NCBI GenBank assembly: GCA_038231275.1
Contig: JBBRLQ010000019.1
Location: 64,001 to 128,000, forward strand
Direction: 5' to 3'
Length of the DNA: 64,000 nucleotides
From: Polyangiales bacterium
GTDB taxonomy: Bacteria > Myxococcota_A > Polyangia > Polyangiales > Polyangiaceae
Part shown: positions 27,671 to 36,085 of the stretch, in pieces
Layout of the letters: each line of letters starts with the position of its first letter
Position numbering within the stretch: the stretch's first letter is position 1
Made by a program: the position numbers and the translations under genes
The notes under the pieces: model-generated
Told to the model about the DNA's origin: nothing
Seen by the model: the letters and a program-made list of their open reading frames with translations, nothing else
Databases searched by the model: none

Positions 27671-28627
27671 ATGATAAAAAACATCCTCGTGGTCGCCGCG
27701 ATGGGGCTCGCGGCGACGTCGTGCCAGGCGCAGAGCCCGCCGCTCGAGGGTTTCCAAGGCACCGTCGAGCTCGACGAGCGCCTCCTCGCGTTCGAGGTCG
27801 CGGGGCGCGTCGTCGCGGTGCCGGTCCACCGCGGCGATGTCGTCAAGGACGGGGACCTGCTCGCGCAGGTCGACGACACCTTGGCGCGCCTCACCCGCGA
27901 CGCGCGCGCCGACGACGCGAACGCCGCGCGCGCAGATCTGGCGCTCCTCCAGGCAGGCGCGCGGACGCAGGACGTCGCAGCCCTCGCGTCCGACGTGCGC
28001 GCCGCCCGCGCGACCGAGGAGCTGCTGAAGAAGGAGGCCGCGCGCACGCAGGCGCTCCAGCAGTCCGGCGCGCTGCCGCAGGCTCAGGCCGATCGCGCCG
28101 ACTCCGATCTGGACCGCGCCGCGCAGCAGCGAAAGGCGCTCGAGCAACGCCTCGCGTCGCTCCAGTCCGGCGCGCGCCCCGAGGAGATCACGCGTGCAAA
28201 AGCGCGCGTCGAGTCCGCGGTTACCGCGCTCGCCTTCGAGGACGAGCGCCTCACGCGCTGCCTCCTTCGTACGAAAGGGGCGGGCACCGTCCTCGACGTG
28301 CACGTCGAGCCAGGCGAGCTGGCGGCGATCGGCACCCCTGCGGTCACCGTCGCCGACGTCGCGCATCCGTTCGTCGACGTGTACGTCGCGCAGGGGGAGC
28401 TCGACGGCGTTAAGGTCGGCGCCAAGGTCAGCGCGCGCGTCGACGCGACGACGACGGCCTTCCCGGGCGCGGTCGAGTTCGTCTCTCCGAGGACGGAGTT
28501 CACGCCCCGCTTCCTCTTCAGCGAGCGAGAGCGCCCGCACCTCGTCGTCCGCGTCCGCGTGCGTCTCGAGGATCCCGAGGGCAAGCTCCACGCGGGCGTC
28601 CCCGCGTTCGTACGGCTCGTCCGATGA
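27671..28627 (+). CDS. HlyD-family periplasmic adaptor (YbhG-like), lipoprotein
   Basis: Lipoyl half-motifs (VHRGDVVKDGDLLAQ; VEPGE), coiled coil, EFTPRF. Confidence 0.9.
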   Translation: MIKNILVVAAMGLAATSCQAQSPPLEGFQGTVELDERLLAFEVAGRVVAVPVHRGDVVKDGDLLAQVDDTLARLTRDARADDANAARADLALLQAGARTQDVAALASDVRAARATEELLKKEAARTQALQQSGALPQAQADRADSDLDRAAQQRKALEQRLASLQSGARPEEITRAKARVESAVTALAFEDERLTRCLLRTKGAGTVLDVHVEPGELAAIGTPAVTVADVAHPFVDVYVAQGELDGVKVGAKVSARVDATTTAFPGAVEFVSPRTEFTPRFLFSERERPHLVVRVRVRLEDPEGKLHAGVPAFVRLVR

Positions 28628-29604
28628 ACGACGTCCCCGAGCACATCATCGAGGCCGAGCACCTCTCGCGCACGTTCGGCAACCTCGTCGCCGTGAAGGA
28701 CGTCTCGCTCTCCGTGAAGCGCGGCGAAATTTTCGGCGTCCTCGGCCCCAACGGCGCCGGCAAATCCACGACGATCCGCATGCTCTGCGGCATCCTCGAT
28801 CCGAGCGGCGGAAAGGGGACCGTCGTGGGCTTCGACATCGCCAAGGACGCCGAGCGCATCAAGGAGCGCATCGGCTACATGACCCAGCGCTTCAGCTTGT
28901 ACGAGGATCTCACCGTTTCGGAGAACCTCACGTTCTACGCAGGAATTTACGGGGTCCCGCGCGGCGAGAAGAAGGCGCGCGTCACGGGCGTGATGGATCG
29001 CGCGGGCCTCCTCGGTCGCAAAGATCAGCTCGCCGGCACGCTGTCCGGCGGATGGAAGCAGCGCGTGGCGCTGGCGTGCTCGACGATCCATCGCCCGCCG
29101 CTCCTCTTCCTCGACGAGCCCACCGCCGGCGTCGATCCGGTGAGCCGTCGCGATTTTTGGGAGCAGATCCACCGCATCGCGTCCGAGGGGACGACGGCGC
29201 TCCTGACGACGCATTACATGGACGAAGCCGAGCGCTGCCACCGTCTCGCGTTCATCTTCCGCGGTGAGCTCCTCGACGTCGGCACGCCCGACGAGATCGT
29301 CGCGCGCCGAACGCTCCGTGTGGCCGAGCTCGACGTGGAGCGCGCCACCGACGCAGCGGCCGCGCTGCGCAAGAACCCCGCGGTCGAGGAGGTCGCGCAC
29401 TACGGGCACCTCCTCCGCATGTCTGTCCGAGCCGGCGCCGATCCGGTCGCGCTTGCGCACGCGGATCTCTCGACGGCCGGCATCGCGGTCCGCTCCGCGC
29501 GCGAGACACGGGTAACCGTCGAGGACGCCTTCGTGGCGATGGTCCGCGCTGACGACGCGGCGCAGGCCGCCCAGGCGACGAACGAGAAAGGAGCGCGCGC
29601 GTGA
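28624..29604 (+). CDS. ABC-2 type transporter ATP-binding protein
   Basis: GPNGAGKST, LSGGWKQR, LDEPTAGVDP, TTHYMDEAE. Confidence 0.93.
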   Translation: MNDVPEHIIEAEHLSRTFGNLVAVKDVSLSVKRGEIFGVLGPNGAGKSTTIRMLCGILDPSGGKGTVVGFDIAKDAERIKERIGYMTQRFSLYEDLTVSENLTFYAGIYGVPRGEKKARVTGVMDRAGLLGRKDQLAGTLSGGWKQRVALACSTIHRPPLLFLDEPTAGVDPVSRRDFWEQIHRIASEGTTALLTTHYMDEAERCHRLAFIFRGELLDVGTPDEIVARRTLRVAELDVERATDAAAALRKNPAVEEVAHYGHLLRMSVRAGADPVALAHADLSTAGIAVRSARETRVTVEDAFVAMVRADDAAQAAQATNEKGARA

Positions 29605-30728
29605 AGCTCCGCCCGCTCGTCATCGCGTGGAAGGAGCTGGTCCAGCTCCGCCGCGATCGCCTCACGCTGGCGATGATGGTCGCGCTGCCGATCGTGCAGC
29701 TCCTCCTCTTCGGCTACGCGATCAACACGGATGTGCGTCACATCCGCACGGTGGTCTACGATCAGGACTCGAGCGCGGCGTCGCGCGCGTTGCCGCGTGA
29801 GCTCGAGGCGACGGGCTTCTTCGACGTCGTCGGCCACGTCCGCAGCCACGCCGAGATCGAGTCGGTCCTGCGCTCCGGCCGCGCCAGCGTCGCGCTCGTC
29901 GTGCCGCCGGACTATTCATCCGACCTCGCGAGCGGCCGCACCGCGCAGGTGCAGCTCGTCGTCGACGGCACCGATCCGCAGATCGTCGGCAGCGCCACCG
30001 ACACCGCGTCGTCGCTGGTCGCCGCGAAGGGAAGCGCGCTGCTGCTCGCGCGCCTCTCGCGTTCCGGGGTCCCCGGCGCCTCCACGCCGATCGAGCTCGT
30101 CCCCGACATCCTCTACAACCCCGATCTGCGCTCGGCGGTGAACATCGTGCCGGGCCTCATCGGCGTCATCCTCACGATGACGATGGTCATGCTGACCGCG
30201 ATGGCGATCGCCCGCGAGCGCGAGCGAGGCACGCTCGAGCAGCTCATCGTCTCGCCGGTCCGGACCATCGAGCTCATGATCGGCAAGATCCTCCCTTACG
30301 TCGCCATCGGCTACATGCAGATGGCGCTCATCCTCACGCTCGGCCATTTCGTGTTCGACGTCCCGATCACGGGCTCCATCGGCCTACTCTTCGCGCTCGC
30401 GTTCGTGTTCATCGCCGCGAACCTCGCGATCGGCCTATTTTTCTCGACCCTCGCGCAGACGCAGCAGCAGGCGATGCAGATGTCGTTCTTCTTCCTCCTG
30501 CCCAACATCCTCCTCAGCGGCTTCATGTTCCCCTTCGACGCGATGCCGCGCCCGGCGCAGTGGATGTCGTCGGCGCTGCCGCTCACGCACTTTCTCCGCA
30601 TCGTCCGCGGCATCGTACTGAAGGGGAGCCACTTCGAGGATCTGCGCGGCGAGCTCGCGTGGCTCACGGGCATCCTCGTCGCCCTCGTGTTCTTCGCGTC
30701 GCTCCGGTTCCGAAAGAAGCTGGTCTAG
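29601..30728 (+). CDS. ABC-2 type transporter permease (YbhR/YbhS-like)
   Basis: KELVQLRRDR, RERERGTLEQL, LSGFMFP. Confidence 0.92.
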   Translation: MKLRPLVIAWKELVQLRRDRLTLAMMVALPIVQLLLFGYAINTDVRHIRTVVYDQDSSAASRALPRELEATGFFDVVGHVRSHAEIESVLRSGRASVALVVPPDYSSDLASGRTAQVQLVVDGTDPQIVGSATDTASSLVAAKGSALLLARLSRSGVPGASTPIELVPDILYNPDLRSAVNIVPGLIGVILTMTMVMLTAMAIARERERGTLEQLIVSPVRTIELMIGKILPYVAIGYMQMALILTLGHFVFDVPITGSIGLLFALAFVFIAANLAIGLFFSTLAQTQQQAMQMSFFFLLPNILLSGFMFPFDAMPRPAQWMSSALPLTHFLRIVRGIVLKGSHFEDLRGELAWLTGILVALVFFASLRFRKKLV

Positions 30729-30731
30729 ATC

Positions 30732-31382
30732 ATGGGGAGACCTCGCACCGACATCCAGCCGCGCGTCCTCGCCGCCGCGCGCGCGCGCTTCCTCGCGGAG
30801 GGGGTCGATGGCGCGTCGCTCCGCCGCATCGCCAAAGACGCAAAGACGAGCATCGGCATGGTCTTTTATTACTTCCCGACGAAGGACGACCTCTTCCAGG
30901 CCGTCGTCGAGGAGATCTACGCCGGCCTCGTTCGCGATCTCGAGGCGTGCCTCGCGCCGGGGCCCGACACGCGCGCGCGCCTCGAGCGGGCGTCGGCGCG
31001 CATCGGGAACGCCAGCCGCGAGGAGCTCGACGTGGTGCGCCTCATCGTGCACGAGGCGCTCCTCGGATCGTCCCGCTTCGAGCACATTTTCCTCCGGTTC
31101 CAGCGCGGGCACATCGCGCTCATGGCCAGCGCGCTCGGCGACGGTGTGCGTTCCGGTGAGATCGACGCCGCGCTGCCGTTGCCGCTCCTCCTGGTGTCGA
31201 CGCTCGGCCTCCTCGCGCTCCCCCAAGTCGTGAGGCGCATCGCCGGCGCGCGACCCATCTTCTCGTCGCTCCCCGATGCGGAGACCCTGGCGCACACGCT
31301 CAGCGGCCTGCTCTTTTCCGGGATCGGCGCGGTCGGGAAGCCGAAGGAGCCGAAGCGCGCCCGTCGCGATCGACGCGGCTAG
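30732..31382 (+). CDS. TetR/AcrR family transcriptional regulator
   Basis: N-terminal HTH ASLRRIAKDAKTSIGMVFYYFPTKDDL. Confidence 0.92.
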   Translation: MGRPRTDIQPRVLAAARARFLAEGVDGASLRRIAKDAKTSIGMVFYYFPTKDDLFQAVVEEIYAGLVRDLEACLAPGPDTRARLERASARIGNASREELDVVRLIVHEALLGSSRFEHIFLRFQRGHIALMASALGDGVRSGEIDAALPLPLLLVSTLGLLALPQVVRRIAGARPIFSSLPDAETLAHTLSGLLFSGIGAVGKPKEPKRARRDRRG

Positions 31383-31444
31383 GTCAGGACGAGGCAGCCA
31401 CGAACCTGCGCGCGACGGGGTCCGCTGCTATCCTCGTGGCGCCG

Positions 31445-32917
31445 ATGGCGTCCCCCGACCCCGAACCCACCCTCGTCGCCGGCGACACGCTCGCCGGACG
31501 CTACCGCCTCGTGCGGCTGCTGGGCGAAGGCGGCATGGGCTACGTGTGGGAGGCGCGCCAGCTCACGACCGACAAAGCGGTCGCCATCAAAGTGCTCAAG
31601 AGCCAGGAAGGCGCGGACACCGCTCGCTTCCTGCGCGAGGCGAAGGTCGCCGCGGGTCTGTCGCATCGCAACATCATCCAGGTCTTCGATTTCTGGGAGG
31701 TCGAGGGCAAGGGCCCCGTCTTCATGGTGATGGAGCTGCTGCACGGCGAGACGTTGGCGGAGCTCCTCGAGCGCGTCGGAAGGCTCGCGCAAGAGCACGT
31801 GCTCACGCTGGTCCTCCCCGTGGCGTCGGCGGTGCGCGCCGCGAACGCGCGCGGCGTCGTGCACCGCGATCTGAAGCCCGACAACGTGTTCCTCGCGCGC
31901 GTCGCCGACGTCGATACGCCCGAGGTGAAGGTCGTCGACTTCGGTCTCGCCAAGCCGTTCGTCAACAGCGGCGCGACCGCCCTCACGCAAACCGGCTCGG
32001 TGATGGGGACGCCGTATTACATGGCGCCGGAGCAGGTGTACGGCGAGAAGGACATCGACGGTCAGGCCGACGTGTGGGCCCTCGGCGTGATGCTCTACGA
32101 GTGCCTTACCGGCACGAAGCCGTTCGAAGGGGAGAATTTCGGCCAGATCTTCCGCCGCGTCACGCACGTGCAGTACGCGCCGCTCCGCGGTCTCGCGCCC
32201 GACGTGTCGCCGGCGCTCGAGGCGCTCGTCGTCCGAGCGCTCAGCCACGATCCTCAGAAGCGGCCGACGATGTCCGAGCTCTACGACACGCTCCTCTCCT
32301 TGCGCGGGAGCGAGTCGGCGATCGCCGTGACGCCGCCTCCAGGTGGGCCGCCTCCTCCTCGAAGCACGTCGCAGCCGGCGCCGAGCGAGCTCGCGCCGGG
32401 ACCTCCGCGCGATCGGTCGCCGTTCTTCTCGCCGCCCGCCGGGTTGACGCCCTCCGCGCCTCCGCCGGCCGCCGCGGTCTCTAGTCCTCCGGCGCGAACC
32501 ATCGTGAGCTCCACGATATCGGTGGCGACGCCGCCGTCGCGCCCGCCGTCGTCGATCGCGGTGGGCGTCGCCGTCGGCCTCCTCTTGACGGTCGGCGTCG
32601 GCGTCGGCCTCACCGCTGCGCTTCGCACGACGACCCCGAAGAAGTCGTCGGTCGATCTCGGCGCGCTCGCCGTACCCTCCGCGCCCGTCGATCCGCCTCC
32701 GCCAACGGTGCCTCCGCTCCCCGATCCTCCGCCGACCGCGCTCGCCGATCCCCCGCCGGATCCGACACCTGCCGTCGCGGCGAGCGCGCCGGCCGATCCG
32801 CCGCGCACCGACCCGCGCCCGCGTGGGAAGCCGAAGCCCGTTCGTCCCGCGGGGACGACCGCACCTCCGGGGCCCTCCGCCGCGCCGTCGGACCTGCTTA
32901 ATCGCGGGCGATTTTGA
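31445..32917 (+). CDS. Ser/Thr protein kinase with TM segment and Pro-rich tail
   Basis: GEGGMG, VAIK, HRDLKPDN, DFG, GTPYYMAPE; start may be GTG 31436. Confidence 0.93.
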   Translation: MASPDPEPTLVAGDTLAGRYRLVRLLGEGGMGYVWEARQLTTDKAVAIKVLKSQEGADTARFLREAKVAAGLSHRNIIQVFDFWEVEGKGPVFMVMELLHGETLAELLERVGRLAQEHVLTLVLPVASAVRAANARGVVHRDLKPDNVFLARVADVDTPEVKVVDFGLAKPFVNSGATALTQTGSVMGTPYYMAPEQVYGEKDIDGQADVWALGVMLYECLTGTKPFEGENFGQIFRRVTHVQYAPLRGLAPDVSPALEALVVRALSHDPQKRPTMSELYDTLLSLRGSESAIAVTPPPGGPPPPRSTSQPAPSELAPGPPRDRSPFFSPPAGLTPSAPPPAAAVSSPPARTIVSSTISVATPPSRPPSSIAVGVAVGLLLTVGVGVGLTAALRTTTPKKSSVDLGALAVPSAPVDPPPPTVPPLPDPPPTALADPPPDPTPAVAASAPADPPRTDPRPRGKPKPVRPAGTTAPPGPSAAPSDLLNRGRF

Positions 32918-33034
32918 CGGAGTAGCGCCCCTCGACCCGTCGAGTGTCCATGTGGGTGAAAGTCGCCTTGAAACCTACCTAACTTCGGTCATGCTCAGCG
33001 AACGGCGAACGCCCTGAGCGTACGTCCGGATGCC

Positions 33035-34372
33035 ATGAACGAAGGACCGACCGAAAAACTGAAGAGCCTGGTGCCGACGCTCCAGCAAGGTCCGGTGCCG
33101 ACGCTCCAGCAAGGTCCGCCGCCGCACGCGGTCGATCCGTCCATGACCCGGCCGAGCACGCCGATGCCTTCGTCGCTGGTGCCGGCGGCGAGCAGGGTGG
33201 CGGCAGACCGAGCCGACGCGGCGCCGACCGTGGTGATGCCCTCGCCGGACGCGACCGTGCGTATGACTGCGAACGACCTGAGCGGCTTCGCGAGCACGCA
33301 GGCCGCGACGCCGGTTTCGCTTCCTGCGGCGCCGGCGCCTCCGCGAAAGACCATGCAGCTCTCGATCGAGGAGCTGCTCGCGCTCTTCCGTCCGCCGCCG
33401 CGCGCCGCGACCGTGGCGAAAGCGGGCGCCGCCACTCCCGCGTCGTTGCCGTCGCGCGGCGCACGCCCGCGGCAGCTCCTCATCGGCGGCGTCGTCGCGG
33501 CGCTCGCGCTCGGAGGGTTGTCGTATGGCGGGACGCACGCGCTCCTCGTGAAGAACCAGCGATGGGTCGCGCCGACGGTCCTGTCGAAGACCGATCCGCG
33601 CGTTCTTCAGCTCGCGGCGATGTTGCAGCAGGAGACCACGCGCAAGAGCGAGCTGGCGCTGCGCAAGAAGGAGCTCGAGGCGCGCGCGCGTCAGGCGTCG
33701 CAGTGGCGTGAGCTTGAGATGGGATTTCAAGCGAGCTTCATGGCCGCGCTCAAGAACGATCTCGATGGGCAGCGCGCCGAGCTGCGCCGCGTGCAGAAGC
33801 TCGTGGCCGATCGCGAAGCGGCGGACGCGGCGGCCGGAGTGCCTGCCGATCACGCCGAGCTCGACGCGAGGGTCGCGTCCGTGAAATTACGGGTTCGGTT
33901 GCTGGAAGGTGCATTGCGCGGCGGCCGGCCAGGGACTTACGAAGCGCTCGCGCTCCGCCGCGAATACGATCGCTCGGTGCTCGAGGCCGGCAAAGTGCGC
34001 GAGCTGGAAGAGACGCTCACCAAGAGCCTCGCCGACGTCGATGATCAGCTTAAGAAGAAGGACGCACTGCTCGCGACGATCGACGCTTCGCCGTACCGCC
34101 TCGCGATCGATCAGGACGTGACGCTCGGCTTCGTGCCGTACGAGAACGCCGCCGCCGCGAAGAGCGGAGAGGCCCTGATCGCGTGCAGGACGAGCCTCCT
34201 CTTTTGTGATCGCGTCGGCGAAGTGGGCGAAGGGCTCGCCGGCGAGGTTCGCGGTCTCCATCCGGTCACGGGTCTCGAGGTGCGCGGCCAGCTCGTGCGC
34301 CTGACGCTGCCCGCGGGCCGCTCCGTCCCGGACTCGGTCCTCTACGCCGGCCAGCCGCCTCTCTCGCTGTAA
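33035..34372 (+). CDS. Hypothetical TM + long coiled-coil protein, membrane-fusion-protein-like
   Basis: Disordered N-terminus, TM LLIGGVVAALALGGLSY, long helical region, beta-rich C-terminus (LGFVPYEN). Confidence 0.7.
   Translation: MNEGPTEKLKSLVPTLQQGPVPTLQQGPPPHAVDPSMTRPSTPMPSSLVPAASRVAADRADAAPTVVMPSPDATVRMTANDLSGFASTQAATPVSLPAAPAPPRKTMQLSIEELLALFRPPPRAATVAKAGAATPASLPSRGARPRQLLIGGVVAALALGGLSYGGTHALLVKNQRWVAPTVLSKTDPRVLQLAAMLQQETTRKSELALRKKELEARARQASQWRELEMGFQASFMAALKNDLDGQRAELRRVQKLVADREAADAAAGVPADHAELDARVASVKLRVRLLEGALRGGRPGTYEALALRREYDRSVLEAGKVRELEETLTKSLADVDDQLKKKDALLATIDASPYRLAIDQDVTLGFVPYENAAAAKSGEALIACRTSLLFCDRVGEVGEGLAGEVRGLHPVTGLEVRGQLVRLTLPAGRSVPDSVLYAGQPPLSL
33070..33117 (+). 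repeat. Perfect 24-bp tandem duplication (VPTLQQGP x2)
   Basis: GGTGCCGACGCTCCAGCAAGGTCC at 33070-33093 and 33094-33117. Confidence 0.95.
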
Positions 34373-35025
34373 AGACGACGCGCTCTCGTTCCTTCGCCGC
34401 TGCGGCGTTAGCGCTCGCCACGAGCGTCACGTGCGCGGCCATCGCCACCGACGACACGGTGGAGACGCTGTACCGCGAGGGCAAACGGGCCGCCGTCGCG
34501 AAGGACTGGGATCTCGCGTGCAAGAAGTTCCGCGAGAGCGTCGAGCGAGAGCCCGCGCCGCCGGTCGCACCGACGTCCGCTCGTCGTTCAAGCTCGGGGA
34601 AGGGGAGTCGCGCGAGCTCGAGGTCGCCGTCGGTAGCCCGACTCCCCCGTCTGCACCGACCGCTGCGGCGCCGTCCACGTCGACCCCTGGCTGGCCGTCC
34701 GCCCGCTCCCGATCGAACCGCGGCATACGTCGCGTTCGGCGCCGGCGGGGCCGGCCTCGTGACGGGAGCGATCACTGGCATTCTCGCGCTCGGCGCAGCG
34801 AACAAAGCGCACGACGGCTGCCCGAACCAGCAGTGCGCTTCAACCGATGGCGTCGACGCCGCCTCGCACGCGAAGACGATGGGCCTCGTGAGCACGATCG
34901 CCTTCGGCGTCGGCATCCTCGGCGCCGCGGCGGGCACCTACTTGTGGATCAAGTCGTCGCCGACCGTGATGGTGGGACCGAGCGTGGGCGGCGCGCCGGG
35001 CCTCGCCATGCGCGCCTCGTTCTGA
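34369..35025 (+). pseudogene. Degraded TPR/PEGA-domain membrane protein
   Basis: Signal-like segment begins at GTA (no start codon); TPR start ETLYREG..ACKKFRES..EPAP; PEGA end (KLGEGESRELEV) in another frame; typical C-terminal TM/beta tail. Confidence 0.65.
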
Positions 35026-35168
35026 CCAACGTGTAGTGACGCCCAGGGGGGTGGTCGACGCTAGGTCCCATGACACCGTCCGGTCGCAAGCGCGTCTCCT
35101 TCGCGTGGAGACTCCGAGCGATGAATGCGCTGGGCCGCGCGGCACCAGAGGCGCTTCGGAGGTAGTGA

Positions 35169-35798
35169 ATGCGCTCTTCGAGTGTCGCCTGTTTTTCGGC
35201 AGCGGCGGCCGCGATCGTCTCGATCGCGACGGCTTCGGCATGCAGCGCGAACGCCCCGACCGGTACGAACGCCGCGACGACGTGCGGTGCAGGGACCCAC
35301 CTCGATGGCACCCAATGCGTCGCGGACGCCAACGACGCCGGCGACGCGCCGCGTGACTCTGCGGTCCCCAACGCCGACACCGGCACGTCGAGCGACGCAG
35401 CGATCCCCGTCGATGCCGACGTCGTCGTGCACGACGGCGATCCGTGTCCGGGAGGCACTCGCGCGGTCTGCTCAGGCAACCACCTCTTCCAATGCCAGCT
35501 CGTGAACAACGGCGCGCACCCGCTCGGAACGCTGTGGGACACGACGAGCTGCGATTTGCTCGCCGGTATGTGCGCCGTCGACCGCGTCGGCAACGGCAAC
35601 TGCACCGGCGGCGGCTACACCACGTGCACCATCTTCTTGAACGACGCCGGCAATCGCCTCGACACCAGCCGCTGCTTCAGCGCGACCGTGTTGGAGGACT
35701 GCAACGGGGGCTACTGGTCCCCCACCGACTGCAGCTCCTCCGGCTACGTCTGCCAAGCAAACCCTGCTGGCGGCGGCGCCCACTGCACTCCCCCGTAG
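35169..35798 (+). CDS. Cys-rich lipoprotein
   Basis: GGAGG SD; lipobox ASA-C; CGAGTHLDGTQC and multiple Cys modules. Confidence 0.8.
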   Translation: MRSSSVACFSAAAAAIVSIATASACSANAPTGTNAATTCGAGTHLDGTQCVADANDAGDAPRDSAVPNADTGTSSDAAIPVDADVVVHDGDPCPGGTRAVCSGNHLFQCQLVNNGAHPLGTLWDTTSCDLLAGMCAVDRVGNGNCTGGGYTTCTIFLNDAGNRLDTSRCFSATVLEDCNGGYWSPTDCSSSGYVCQANPAGGGAHCTPP

Positions 35799-35962
35799 CC
35801 GCCGCCGCCGCCACGCCGGCCAGCATCCAATCGCCATCCACGACCAAGGCGTGTCCTCGGCGCGTCGCGCCGTTCGCCGCAGGCGACCGGACCCGACGCG
35901 ATCACACGACGCGGGGGAAGCTCGCGCAGTCATGCGCGAGGGGCCGAAGCCCCCCCACAAGG

Positions 35963-36036
35963 TGCCGGAGAAGGGAGTCGAACCCCTGACCTAGCGCGTA
36001 TGAAACGCCCGCTCTAACCAACTGAGCTACTCCGGC
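35963..36036 (-). tRNA. tRNA-Met (CAT), elongator-type; CCA not encoded (CCT follows)
   Basis: Cloverleaf GCCGGAG..GCTC-AGTTGGTTA-GAGC..GGCGT-TTCATAC-GCGCT..AGGGG-TTCGACT-CCCTT-CTCCGGC-A; tRNA-Ile2 identity cannot be excluded. Confidence 0.92.
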
Positions 36037-36085
36037 CCGAAACGGCGGCGGAGTATGCGCGAGACCCCGCGCGGAAGTAAAGGGC

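Noticed and set aside
27671..31382. HlyD-ABC-TetR operon as a novel system
   Set aside because: Ordinary YbhG/F/R-type efflux unit
31445..35962. Possible genomic island at the tRNA-Met 3' end
   Set aside because: No integrase, no duplicated tRNA 3' end found, and no obvious compositional shift
35910..36072. Imperfect inverted repeat flanking tRNA-Met (CGCGGGGGAAGCTCGCGCA / TGCGCGAGACCCCGCG)
   Set aside because: One arm lies in the probable promoter spacer (TTTACT...CATACT on the minus strand), so it would not be transcribed; likely chance in GC-rich DNA
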